A DNA stretch of 64,000 bases from Lingula anatina (Eukaryota; Animalia; Brachiopoda). Positions 36,061 to 49,332 of the stretch are shown here, one piece after another. The stretch covers positions 10,044,001-10,108,000 of the forward strand of contig CM120643.1 in assembly GCA_051362555.1 (NCBI GenBank), in the 5' to 3' direction. Numbering within the stretch: position 1 is the first letter of the stretch; the number at the start of each line of letters is the position of its first letter. The translations under genes and the position numbers were made by a program. The notes under the pieces are model-generated. The model was not told where the DNA came from. It worked only from the letters and a program-made list of their open reading frames with translations, and made no database searches.

Positions 36061-39050
36061 GTTTATATCTCCAAACACTGTCTGTGAATCCAAGTTTGTG
36101 TATTTTAGTGAAATTAGATAGAAAGCACCGTGACAAAATCCACCGTGTGTTTGTCGCAGCGAGGAGCAGTTTGATTGTCAGAAAATGTCCTCGAGACAAG
36201 CAGTCAATTTATATGAAATAAAATGAAATTGATTTTTTACAGACGATATATATATAATCAAACTTTTCTTTTCGGCGAAATAACAGTTTATAACAAGATT
36301 TGTTTTAATCACTTTTCCAAGACAACTTGCTTATCGAACGTTGTGTAGGTCTAACTCAATGCGCGGTCAATTTTACTGACGTCTTCCTCAATTAGCCGAC
36401 AAGAACTAATATCATTACAAATGATCCGTACATTGCACGCCGGTTTACGACAGGTTACCTCTATCTCCAACACTTCCAAGGGCATTGTTGCTGAAACCAA
36501 ATTTTTCTACGATTGAGCATTTTCTTTAGTTGGCCTACGGAGTTAAGGAAATGATCCTTCTGACAAAAAACGTTGATTTTTCAATGCAACCGGACAGAAA
36601 ACCTCTATCACAGGGCGTGGTAAGTCGAAGTTGACATCATAATTCAACGGATCGCAGCACTCATAGGGATTTGGGGCACAGTTGATTGGAATCACTTCGA
36701 ATTATTCCTGATGGTTATTGCTGACACAGAATGCCATAATTAATTTTCCACAGTAATTCGATAGTACAGTCAAAGTGGATATGTCTCTATGGAGGCCAAT
36801 TGAATTAAAACAGTAGGTCCCACACTTCTGATTGAATATGATGAAATTGTCTTCGTCCTGGGTATGAATATAATCCCACCCTCGCCACGATGAAATTAGT
36901 TTAAGACTGCATTTTGAAGCAATCAATGATATGATGCTAAAATTATTGATTATCGCTATGATTACTACTCATGTGCAAATTCCAATCGTTCAAAGTCGAC
37001 CGCCGTAAAGCCAAGTGGTGAAATATATCGCCCTTGCAATCACCATACAGCGTAGTTCAGAAAGTCCGCACTGATAAAAAAACTGGAAAAAACATCTTGC
37101 TTTTCCCCTGCTCTTCTTTACAAGCCACGATACAGTTAACCTGAAGTAGTTCGTTCCCAGGTCCTGTCAGCAAGCGGAAACATCCAACAGTGAATATATA
37201 TATATATATTTCTTCTCAGCTCTTAATTAATTCTGCTCGCTGTTTGCGGCTGGATCGGGTTAAAAATAGCCACTTAGGGGCCATCACGTGATCACTTCAA
37301 CACATCCTAACTTCCAGGTACTGACGAAGAAGATTCAAAATCCCCTCTTCTAATTCTTTTCACTAACTAAAGCAAACAGCTTCATAGGTTCTTATTACAT
37401 GCGTAATAGTATAACTGTATGGTAAAAATATACTCTCGTCTGTGCTAATTTGGATGTCTGCCTTTGCAACTCTCCGGCTGGACGCGGAAAGAATAAGAAC
37501 ATAGGCTTCCTAATGGTTTCCCTGGAAAACAACAGTAGTGTATTAGCGTATTGATGGCGTTTCTCGATTTCTCTTGGGAAATTAAATCTCATTTGTTTTC
37601 TATTGTGTTCTAAAAAAACAGGTCGATTATATTCTATTCTTTAAATTTTGGCTTTAAGATATCGCACGTGTATAAATCAAGTTGCGGGATGATTTTGCTC
37701 TTTAACTACAACTAGATGAAAAATGGCCCAGAGAACAAAATAAGGGTTTCTTAGAAGAACAATAGTAATTCAAATCTGTTCCAGTGATCAGTAAACAATA
37801 TGCTATCAAATAACAGTCAAGGTTATCCATGCAACTGAACTTGCTCATAATATTTGAGCGCTTGTACTGGCACGTGCACACGCAAATCAAAACAACATTT
37901 GGAAGCTGGGCAGGCGACAAAACAGATAATCAGACAAAAAATGTTAAACTAAATATTCGATATTTGCTTATTAGGAAATCTTATTTTCCTAAAGCATTAG
38001 TTGACACCTGATAAAATAATATGTAAAAACATAATAACTATCACAGCATGTTTGGTAATTTCACTCCAGGTTCAACTTGCAAACGCTATCAGTGAGATGG
38101 AAAATTACGTTTTGATCGTGAAATCAGCCAATCAACCAGAACCTCATTTGACCTTGACGTTGACATTTAGTCACTTTTCCTTCTAAGACAATATATTTTT
38201 TCGCATTTTTTGATTCAACAAAATGATTACTATATGGAAAATATTGAGTACTAAATTCATATCTTATACATCTAATCTACTACTAGGCTTCAATGCATGT
38301 CATTTATCAAATTACTTATTTTTCAAATGAAATATATAATGTGGACAAGCATGATCAGCAGGTGAATTATATCATCTATATTGGCATAGTTGTCTGTATA
38401 AACTTGGCCAGTACCAATTACGCCTGACATGGTACTGTGGATGGATAATATGGAGCATTATGCTTGCATTTAATAACTTTAAAGCTTTTGTTCAATTGAA
38501 CTTACTTTGATCCTGTTAATTTGCAATTACTGAAATCGTAACCATTTAACTTTATAACAGAATGAATCATGTAGATTCACAACAATGGCACAAACAAAAC
38601 AACGACCATTGACCCGACACCAACAAATATCCATGTACAACATGTCGGAACGCTAGGTGTTTTTGTAAAAAATTTAAACAATTCAAGCATAGCCGTTTGT
38701 CATCAGCATAGGGTATATACCAAAACTACAGCAAAAACACTTCATCTACTAGAAAAATACCAAGAGCATCTTTAAATGTTTTCACTCATTTAAAAAAAAA
38801 AAATGGAATAATTCAGTGACTATTATCAAAGTGGACTTTAAAATGATAATCACTACTATAATTTCTGAAATATTCCATTAATTTAGCAACGGTGTAGTTT
38901 GGAATGAAGTATTCAACATGAATCTGCACCAACATATATGTAGCTCAATTGTATATATATATATATATGACCTCTAATTACTCATTTAAAAGACACCATA
39001 TAACATCTTTCATTCCTCAACTGGACATCTGGAGGCACAGGTCCCCCTCC

Positions 39051-39081
<31 letters not shown>

Positions 39082-40851
39082 ACACACACTCACACACACA
39101 CACAAAACTGGCGCCAAGGCCTTTACAATGAACAGCCCGGTTGCAAAGAAACAGCCACCTGAAATAAAACCGAAAGCAGATAAGCACATTGTAACATCGA
39201 TTTTTGGATGCGTACCATTTTGAGAGAAGAGTAAAACAAAATGTTTCTCAAAAGGAAAACGGCATAAAATCTCTTATTACATCAAATCTGTTTTCAAGGA
39301 TCTATCAAAGCCAAATTGATATAGTTAGAATTAAGAACGCATTAAACACGAGAAGAGTGGAAAAAAATGTCGGTGTTATAAATTATCTTATCCGCATCGA
39401 CAACCACAAGTGGTGGTTATTACGAGAGCTTTGATCTACTTCTTGAGTGACTGTTCCAATAATCTCTCCCTCTTCAAACGAGTTTGCCACCTTTCGGAAA
39501 TAGCCTTCTTCCCACTTATCAACATTTGTAGTAAGCCAACTAGAAAACGCCAGTAATATCCAAGCTTTAGTCACAAATCATTTTGTTATCATTAATTGCG
39601 ATAAAATATTTTGCTAGCAGATGAATTTTGCTTGCTCTCATTCACTCAAATGAAGCGATATTTTCATAGGGAAAAAAGACCAGGAAAACGTTTCACAAAA
39701 GTCCTTTAGCCCTCTTACTTGTCTACACTCCCAGACCAAAATGCTTTTTTAACCAAGATAAAACAGCGGTAGTCCAATTAAATACGTATGGGTTAATTTA
39801 ATGAATTAATTGATTTATAAGAACTACACGGCTACATTATTTAAGTGCAGCACTATAAATTAATATTGAATTTATAAGTTCAGAGTAATTTTGTGGGCTG
39901 CACCTCTTTTGTGATCCGCTTGTGGTTAACACAGTTGTGTATCAGATTATTTAAAAAAAAAACATGAAAAGTGCCATTTACACGTAACTTATCGTCGTCA
40001 GAAGGTCTTCAGAAAATCTGCCACTGAGAACCGCTTTTCAGAACAAATAGATAGATCGAACACTTTATACCCTATCAAAGGGCAAGGAAGAGCACATACC
40101 AAGGCCAAGTTAAAAAGTTTTTACATTGTACGTCAACTGTACATGTTAATGCAGCAGACAACGTCTTACAAAGACTTAGTTTTGGTCAAGTGGTACTGGA
40201 GTCATACTTCGCCATGTAACGATTTAAAATCGGCATAATTATACTCGAAATTTAAAAGCTGCTGTTGGTTCTCATTTTCGTTGCCGGTCAAAACAACCGT
40301 CAATATGAGTCCATCAAAAAGCCGCGTCCCATTCCTATACGGCACGTAGCGTGCTCGTGAACAACCGAAAGGTTAGATAAATAGACGATGAAACGGTCTG
40401 ATAATTGAAACTTAAATTGGCGATTTGTCAGTTCCATTAATAAGGAGTTGTTATGTTCTAGTCAGATGGGACAGCATTCGAGAATGAACGCGCCGTTCGA
40501 ATTATATGCTATTAAGGGTCATTAAGTGCCTTTTGGGGCAAGTTCATCCATAGCGCGCCACGGAAATGAGTTTTCGATCAAGTAAGGCCCACGCCAGGAT
40601 TTTTACATAAGACTTAATTGCTGGGGTCCGCTTCACAAAAGAACTTAAGTCCAAAATTCTGTCAGAACTTTTAGACCCAAAATGCTGGTACATTTAGTTC
40701 ATGAAAAATCTACAGTGGTCCATTTATACAGGGGCAAAGAGAGGTCTGAAGTACAAGCCCAGTCTTTCTTGTTATAAGGCAATATAGTTCAATTGATCAT
40801 GACCGACTACTGGTCCATCTTGGGTCAAAGCAGACTACAATGAGGGTCTAA

Positions 40852-41026
40852 GGACCCATTCAGAATAGGGGACTAACTAGTCCGAGGGCCAAATATGGCG
40901 ACCCACTACAAAGCTTGCCGGCTAATCCGCTATTAGACACTGAATAGAAATCCCGTGGGGAAGTATTCAAGTGGGTCGGCCATAGTTGACCCTCGGACTA
41001 GTAAGTCCCCTTTTCTGAAAGGGGCC
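40852..41026. mobile_element. PIF/Harbinger (Tourist)-like MITE
   Basis: TAA-GGACCCATTCAGAATAGGGGACTAACTAGTCCGAGGG ... CCCTCGGACTAGTAAGTCCCCTTTTCTGAAAGGGGCC-TAA: long TIRs and a TAA target-site duplication. Confidence 0.85.
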
Positions 41027-41029
41027 TAA

Positions 41030-41187
41030 GAGCGCATTCAGAACAGCAGATTAACAGAAATATGACCCACCCACTTGAATGGCTCTTGCGTAATCCCCGC
41101 GAGGAATCTATACAGTGTCTAATCGCTTTTTAGTGGGTCGCCATATTTGATCCGTGGATCTGTTAGTCCGCTGTTCTGAATGCGCTC
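41030..41187. mobile_element. PIF/Harbinger-like MITE, related subfamily, inverted and directly abutting the previous one
   Basis: TAA-GAGCGCATTCAGAACAGC ... GCTGTTCTGAATGCGCTC-CAA. Internal TAGTGGGTCGCCATATTTG is the reverse complement of CAAATATGGCGACCCACTA in the neighbour. Confidence 0.85.
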
Positions 41188-42466
41188 CAAAGGTAAAGCT
41201 CGATTGTCGGACTAAACTATTTCATGTGAAACAGGCCAGACCCCTGGTGTACCAGTATAGATATTTTGCGCATGAAGAAAAAAACTAATCGTAAGAACGA
41301 TCAAAACCTGTTTTAATATACATGTAGTGTTTCAGGCAACTGAATAAAAAAGTAAACAAATAAACCCGATATCACAGCATGATATAATAAAACCGATATA
41401 TAGCCAACTGTCCTGACATAAAGCACGTGGATGCTACAACTGTGTTTGAGGTGTGTGACTTTGATACTCCAAGTAACACCCGGAAAGGTCTCTGAAGAAA
41501 CGGTTGACTGGACAAATTTGACTCAATCACAAAAAGAAAGGAATGACAATAAAATTTACCCAATATATACTTAATTGTACTAAATGTTCATTGCGATAAA
41601 TGCCAAAAATAACCAAACTGTTTTTGAATCTACTACCCAGAACTAAAATGTTCAATTTTGTAAACTAAATACAATACTTTCTCATTAATTCTCGTTGGGT
41701 TACGCAAAATGAGAGAGAGTGTGTGTAATGCGACTCTCGCCTTGCAAATCAATATAAGTAACTTTTCGTTATTGCAACTAGTTCAATTTTTTTCATTTTA
41801 GATTTCTGTGATATCAGAAAAATCTTAAAATTTGTAGCATTCCTTTCTGATTCTTTTTATATGTCCTTTTCTGTTGGATATATTTTGAGCTCATTTATTT
41901 TGCTGACAAAGAGAAAGAAGACTTACTTTTTCTCGATCACATGTACTCGAGTCAGTTGGGATTTTACTTTTCAAAGAATAAATGAGGAACAGAAATCACT
42001 CCAAGAGCGCCCGGCACGAATGCCCAATGAGCATTGCCATAAGGTCAGAAAACCACTCAAATTAGAAAAGAAGATGAAGAACATTTAGGAAGAAGAAAAT
42101 CCAAACTACCAGCTGTCTAGTGTAAGAGATCTGGTTTTGTTGCAATAGCGGTGTTACCCGGTATTTATAACTTCACTGAATCTGTTGGGTTAATTTTCTT
42201 TTCTAAAATACATCAATCAAGTGTTCGGCTAGTGTAATCTCTTCTCCAGTTGCAAAATCATTCCTCAAAATCTCAAAATGGAACGGAGTAGATCAACAAG
42301 GTTGAGAAAATCACGAAGAGCTGAGCCAATCTTTTTTTTCAACTGTCCTGGACTGAAAAATTGGAGAGGGGGGGGGGCGTAGACAAAATGACAATTACGA
42401 GTGGTGGGAGGGGAGGGGGTGCAAGTAGAGAACAGAAGACACGTTCATTTTGCAAACAAAGTTCTC

Positions 42467-42617
42467 ATATACATGAAATTCTCAAACACAAGCCTCAATT
42501 TTTTTTTCATACCGTTAGCTTACGGCAACGGTATGAACCTGGTCGAAGGCCTTCATCAGGCCGTAAGCTAACCGTATGAAAAAAAATGAGGCTTGTGTTT
42601 GAGAATGTCATGTATAT
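42467..42617 (-). ncRNA. Long palindrome enclosing a degenerate type I minimal hammerhead ribozyme (Penelope-like element remnant, tentative)
   Basis: ~60-bp inverted arms. Minus strand reads AGCTTACGGC-CTGATGA-A-GGCC-TTCGACCA-GGTT-CATA-CCG-TT-GCCGTAAGCT; the GAAA box is replaced by CATA. Confidence 0.5.
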
Positions 42618-42677
42618 CCAACAACCAAGCTAATGAACATTTTTGCTCAAGGTACTCATACTCATACATTTATGAAG

Positions 42678-42679
<2 letters not shown>

Positions 42680-42763
<84 letters not shown>
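42680..42763. repeat. (TA)n microsatellite
   Basis: Directly visible, ~42 units. Confidence 0.97.
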
Positions 42764-42766
<3 letters not shown>

Positions 42767-45700
42767 AAAGTCAAAATGAATTAAAATGAACATCTCTATA
42801 TGCATATATATTCCTAAACCAGCAGGTGCGCTCCAAAATCTCCATCCTACCTGCCTTTTGCTGATCAGTTCTTATTCAGTATATACAGTGTACGTACCGG
42901 CATACAGTATTACTTGATCCGCATACAAAAAAAAAAAAAAAAAAAAGACTTGGCAAAATAAATGAATAAAGTGAAATGAGTGACGGGTGATAAATAAAGT
43001 CCGACCATCTGTGTAATTAGATAAAACAAAATCGAGCTTAAATAATATATTTGTGATAAATTGTTTCGTATCAATGGTTTGGTGATGCAATTAAGATTAT
43101 CTCTAATTACCCTGAGTTCCAAGGCATATTCAGAACTCGGCTACATCAACATAGCGCGGTGCTACGGTGAACCTGTGTTAGATCTAGTTTAAAAAGGCTC
43201 TGAAACACAGGGTTACTTTGCTACTGATTATTCGTAATATCTCATTTTATATTATTTCACTACAGTTGTTGGTTTATTTATTTATTTATTTATTTATATA
43301 TTTTCTTTAATTATTTATTTCTTGATGTTTCCTGCTCGATGCATGCCCGCCCCCAATCCCCTCTGGTACCAACACTGAGAAATCATCACATCAGAGCGTT
43401 AGTTAGTTCATTGCCTTGTTATCTGAAAAGAACGGGTCGTATTAATTTAATAAGGCTCTCAATCATTTTGAACGCATCGCTAGCCAACATCCTGTGCGTG
43501 GGACTATAATGCAGCCATTATAATCAGCTATTAAAAACATCATTAAATAACGGACGGTTTGTCTGCCTCTTCCTATTCAATATATGGTCTGCACAGACTT
43601 AAACGATTCTTTCTGAATACTCTGCAGTGCGTGGTATATGGACAAATCTTCAGGGGATTGTCAAATGCCACTTGTTTTCAACAAATACTAATATTAACTA
43701 ATTGAAGCCGAGATTGAGCACGTATACTGTTATACATTGTAGCTTCCTTAACTGAACGACCGCTGTTCCGATTAATTGCGCATGTAAAAGCAGACACCAC
43801 GAAAATGCTCCACGCTGTGCGCGTGGCTGATTTTTATTTGGGAATAATCATCAATCCACAGTAAGACACTGATTGCTTTACAACATGCTTTAGACCCAGC
43901 CTATGCAGCGTCATCAATTATATCCAGGACATACGAACTGCTTAAAGGCGTCGTTAATTGATTTCAAAGCGTCTTATTAGTGATCGTTCGTGTCTCGTGT
44001 CCATGGGTAATTCATCATCAATACTCATGTAATATCTTATTGATTTCAGCGCACTGCAGCCAAGATGTCCAATTATTTTATGCTTATCTCGGGTTATCTT
44101 TTTGTCGTTTAAATGATAATAATTATAATAAATAATAATTTTCATTACATAATATTTAATACAGATACGAATAAGGCGCAATTGTTCATGTATTGCTTAT
44201 GGGTTCTAGCTTTATAATGTAAATGGTCTGCATAGCTGAACCAAACACTTCCTGCAAATCTCTTAAATCAGGCCATCAGTTAAAGACGTTGCATTGGTAT
44301 AGATTGCCCTGAGAAAAAAAATCGAGATGTTTTTAGGTTTTCTCTTCACAAAGAATGCTTCAGTTCTACCACAATTCATTGAACTGAATTTGTGGAGAAT
44401 TCGAGGATGCAATATAAACAGTGTAATGACCAATGTACTGCTTGCAACTATAAAACTTGGAAAAAAGAGACGTTTTCAAGACAAAATTTCCCCAAAAGAA
44501 AAATTAAAACTCTTACCTTGGGCCCAGTTTTACGTATTCATTTTGAAATGACGACTTAGTTCTCTCTTTCTACTCTGTGTACAGTGACAAAAAGAATCGC
44601 GGGGATTTGGGGAACGTCGTTTGCTGATCAAAACTGGGATGCTGTTCTCTCAAGAGTTCTTGTACATATAAACAGACAAAACGGTCATATCTTTTCGTGC
44701 TATAGAGATTTTCGCCGCTCTGTTTTATGCAAAATGCAGAGTAACTGTGTATGCAATTAAGAAATATAGCCGCTTTTTCATTGTTCTAGGAGTTTATTTA
44801 TTGCAATCTGATATTCTTTAGTTCAAGACCACTGTCTTTTGCGCATGCACCAATCATTCAAATCACTGTACACGAGCGCATTTTCCAAACCTTTTTTTTT
44901 CATTTTGGCAAGCTTGACAAAAATTCTTTTTTATCTGTAATCGTTCCAAGCAGCTATTCTCACTTACCTATATTTTGTTTCAATTAAACAGGTTAAAGTG
45001 CATTAGGCACAACAAGCAGTATATAAATAAATATATCTTTAAAGGCCAATTGTTTAATATAGAAAATCGTTCTTTTTTGACCCACGTCACGCGTGCAATT
45101 CGCCTACGTTCCTGCAGTTGATGTTAACTACTGTAGAAACAGAGAGCCCGATATGTCTTAATCTTCTTCATCTGTTAAGTTGAAAAATCCATTTGACTGT
45201 TAAGGAGAGTGAGTCCCAGCGCATTAATTAAAGTGCCTTTAGCTAATGTCACTGAAAAGTCTAAAGGTATTTACATCACCGAAATTGACTGATGCATATC
45301 ATGCTAGAAGAGAGGATAGCATTTCCCAGTGCAGATATTGCATTGTCTTTTGCTAATGAAAGAGTTTCTGAAATGGCTTGAGGCTGTTCCACTCCCAGAT
45401 TGACAAATTTATTTGACTTCTGCCATTGCGTTCTTGTACAGCCATATTAACTTATTGTACTTTTCTTTTCATGTCCTATTACCGGGCTTCTCGATTTTAA
45501 AATGCCAAGCCTTTCAGCAATTTTGATAGATATGGAAGCAGCTATTACTATTTGTCACAAAATGGTAGCGTTTCTTCCACAGCGCTCTGTGGAACAAGAT
45601 AAGACCAACATTATCCTGCAATGCATCTCGCTTAGTCCGATTCCAACGAGGAAAACGTTTGTGTCAATTTAAACTTGGTCTAGAAACGGTCTAAAAAGCA

Positions 45701-48086
45701 TACGCGTTGAGATAGAAGCTTATTGTAATTTATCCTTCTGTATGGGGCCATTCAGAATGAGAAAAGCCGAGTGCTAGCTGGTCCATGGCCTCAATATGGC
45801 GGACTTACATGAAAGGAAGACCGCTTAATCCTGTAATGGCCTCTCCGCCTCTTTCATGCTTGAAAAATTGTAACCATGCTCTTACATATATGTTTTTTTT
45901 ATACTTCAAAGTATTGCAGCGAATATTGCTAGCAACTCTGCCACCATCGATTACATGTAATTACATATAATAGGGGTTAATTCTGTCAACCGCAAGGTGA
46001 AAAAATTAGCGTCTCCATGAAATTGTTTGCGAGTGGGGCCAAAACGGTGAACATCGCGGAAAATATGTCTGACTCGGAGTGTAACTGACTTCAACGGCTG
46101 TGTTATGTTTAGACACATTTTACTCCAGAGAATACGTAATTTTCCCGATATTTCCCCGACATTTTTCTTCTATAATGGAATAAGTCGGTCTGAAATCGAA
46201 GTCAATCATGTCTTTAATTATTTGGCGAGGGACAGGAACGGGTGAAACATTACCAAACTGTTTAGATAAAAATATTGAAAAAATCATCTGTGCAATGATA
46301 TGAAACTTTGGAGTCATTGCACGTAATCGACCAAGCCTACTCCATTTGTATATGAGGAGAGCACTGAACGCACGTGCACTAGAGAATTAACTAGAGAATA
46401 TAAAATGCATTTCATTTCCAGAGCCATGCAATGTGAACATGATCAGAAATTTCAGCATTCCATCCAGGGCCCACAGTCGGTACACCTGGGATCTAGGTTC
46501 CATGCCAACAGAGAGAAAAAAAGACAAAAGAGACTCTATTATCTTTTGTAAATGGATGAGCTTAGCTAATAACTATTACGATGCAAGGCAATTTTGTCCG
46601 TCACTGAAACCTCAGATGTGAAAACACCTCACAATCTATATTAAAGAACTTATGAAGTCTCCAACAAAACGATAAATCAGCTGAAATAATTTTTGCTAAA
46701 GTGTAGGGTGGAGTGGAGTGGAGGGCAAAGAGATTTTTAAAAAATAGAAAAGCCAGAAGAGGAGAATTTAGCACAATATGTAGAGCACCAGGATAATACA
46801 ATTACCCCCTCTCCCGATCAGCAACTGCCTCTATATTACAGAATCAAATGCAATCTCAAATCGAAACAATTTAAGATATCATCTCCGGGAATTTCCCACC
46901 AAATCGAATTTTCCGAGAAAAAAATAGGACATAGTTTCCTACTCAGATATCATTGTACGACCCCTCCCTGTACTTGGATCTGATGTTTTATACCATCTCT
47001 TATTACTTAAATATGATTTAGTTCTTAATGAGTAACCAGTCGTATAGATCGCCCAGGTCATCATGTGCATTTCAGGCGGAAATATCGAAGTCAGCTATTT
47101 TAAAGGATTTTATAGATTTTAATGTCCGAATTTGGAAAATAAGTCTGTGTGTAAAATATGTAGACAAAAAATGAGTCTTTGTGATATTTTCAAACGCAGA
47201 TGATCTACCTTTCGCCAAACTACCACTCCGTGCTAACGTGTAGCATTAGACGTTTATATTCAACAAGTCACGGCAAAACGAGCAAAAGAGGAATGAAATC
47301 TTTCAGTGAAAAATGACAACAACATCTGGGTGATATCGCTCAGTAATCGGATCACCCTGAAGATCAGATTTTCCCTGAAACGGAAGCGGAATGCTTATTG
47401 AATATGAGGGTTGGTGTTCTGTGTAAACTGACACTAAGGATGGCCCACACAGACCTTCCCCATGACTAAGTAATACAATTTTAGGGATATATAAGCACTT
47501 GACCTTATCCAATTTGCGTTTTCAATATACGTGCATGTCAAATTCAGCTATCCTGTGGGATGTGCTGAGGTTAGCATTTTCCCTATAACTTTTCTAACCA
47601 CCTGTTAAACCTTGACAGAATAATATACAGTATAATATAGACTAGCTCTTCTGTAAATACTTCAAGCACATCGGAGCTGAGACTTCACAACTTTACTGTC
47701 ACAAGAATGACATTAAAAATTAAAAGACTTAATTAGATAATTCTATTATTCGTTTCTACCCTGGAAAAATTACGAATTTTGTCAATGGTTCTACAAATAG
47801 TAAGGTCCAATTTTGACCGAAACAGACCATGTTTTTTCAAGGGATGAGTTGACTTTCCCAATATGGCCGATGTCAATTGGCGTGATTTTTAATTCCCCGC
47901 AAAACGTAGACCTTGCTGTCAAAATATGAAAATATCATTTGAATGTCTCTTTCATTAGGTTATGGCGATGCAAAACAACTACAATGTACCTGTGATATCC
48001 TGTGAATGTTTATTTAAAGTATACCAACTAAAAATCCACCTGTAAATCTTTTGTTTTTTTTTCGTCAATTTAACCTTTTCTGTATA

Positions 48087-48104
48087 GTGCGTGCGTGCGA
48101 GCGT

Positions 48105-48184
<80 letters not shown>

Positions 48185-48222
48185 GACAGAGAGAAAGGAG
48201 AAGGTGAGGGGGAGAGAGAGAT
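48087..48222. repeat. (GT)n(GA)n compound microsatellite just 3' of the second GPCR stop
   Basis: Directly visible. Confidence 0.95.
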
Positions 48223-48243
48223 GGGGTGGACTATCGAAACGTT

Positions 48244-49332
48244 TCAAACTTCTGATCTTCTGTTGGATCTCGTCCTACGAGCACTAAATTCACACCTCCT
48301 TATCATACCGATCCCAGAGGCAGACGCAGAACTCCGACGTCTGTTTCTCAACATGTGTCTCGGCGTTAATGCCTGAACGAAAGCTTTCCGAAACTCCTCT
48401 GAACCGAAATTGTAAACCAGTGGGTTCAGGCTTGAACTGCTAAAAGCCATAATGGCTGCAATGTCTTGTACTATGTACATAACACCCCTTTGATGACAGG
48501 AAGTTTTCCCAGATACGACACTACTGTCCGGTCCCAATACTGTTATGATGTTCCATAAGAACAAAACCATGCCTGGGGTCCAGCAGATAAGAAAGACGGC
48601 AACGACCAGAAGAACCAGAGCCATCACACGCTTTGTGGCACTTTTGGAAGCGTGATGCATGCTTGGGGACGCGCAAGTCACCTGATATTGGGACATGCGT
48701 CTCTGCACATCGCGCATTGAGCGGAGTCGATAGATAATGAGCACCGAAAGCACGGCTATGACGCTCAAAGGCAGTGCAAAGTCTGCTCCAACGATAACGA
48801 AGGCGTAAATGTAATAAACGGTGTTCGTCTTGTCCCTTGAAGTGCACCGACGCCCGGCGTCCTCTAGCATAATGACGGGGATTGGCGAGTTAAGAATCAA
48901 CATGGCCACCCACGTGAGACCACTTGCTATGTACGCCGTCTTCCGCCCAAGTGCCGAGTGTACGTACAGTGGGTACGCAATACATGCGTACCGCACAGCG
49001 CATATAGCAACAAGAGAATAGATACTGACGCCCATTGTGACATACGTGGCGTACATGTACGTCTTGCACACAAACTGCCCCAAGTGTACGTCGTTCCCTA
49101 GGGCGTAATGGGCTGCCGTAATAGGTAGGCAAAAAAGGTTGAATAATAAATCTGCTATCGCTAAGTTCAAGAATAGAGGGTTTATATGGTGATGACTCCA
49201 TACCACATAAATAACAAGACTGTTCCCTAGAATTCCAACGAAACAGATGGATGCCACTATGGTCGTAAGCACTATCCTTGTGACTGGGGTGTCAAATTCC
49301 CCACAGTCTTCGCTAAATGTTGAGTTATTCAT
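48244..49332 (-). CDS. Intronless class A GPCR, paralog of 34921-36060, 362 aa
   Basis: ATG start MNNSTF with sequons; GILGNSLV, NLAIADLLFN, FVCK...MGVSIYSLVAICAVRY, CWTP, SSLNPLVYNFGSEEFR. Motifs are collinear with the first GPCR. Confidence 0.92.
   Translation of the reverse strand: MNNSTFSEDCGEFDTPVTRIVLTTIVASICFVGILGNSLVIYVVWSHHHINPLFLNLAIADLLFNLFCLPITAAHYALGNDVHLGQFVCKTYMYATYVTMGVSIYSLVAICAVRYACIAYPLYVHSALGRKTAYIASGLTWVAMLILNSPIPVIMLEDAGRRCTSRDKTNTVYYIYAFVIVGADFALPLSVIAVLSVLIIYRLRSMRDVQRRMSQYQVTCASPSMHHASKSATKRVMALVLLVVAVFLICWTPGMVLFLWNIITVLGPDSSVVSGKTSCHQRGVMYIVQDIAAIMAFSSSSLNPLVYNFGSEEFRKAFVQALTPRHMLRNRRRSSASASGIGMIRRCEFSARRTRSNRRSEV

Larger units (their letters stand above)
40623..41244. 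mobile_element. Older MITE-like host element containing two nested MITEs
   Basis: Left GGGGTCCGCTTCACAAAAGAACTTAAGTCC and right GGACTAAACTATTTCATGTGAAACAGGCC form degenerate inverted termini. Confidence 0.45.

Noticed and set aside
36061-36093. ORF-track start (MDSQTV) for the first GPCR
   Set aside because: It is a TTG; the first ATG is at 36060. An upstream exon cannot be excluded.
47355-47392. CTGAAGA...GAAAC hammerhead-like core (also ~53261-53292 and CTGACGA at 37321)
   Set aside because: No consistent stems I-III or correctly placed UH cleavage site.
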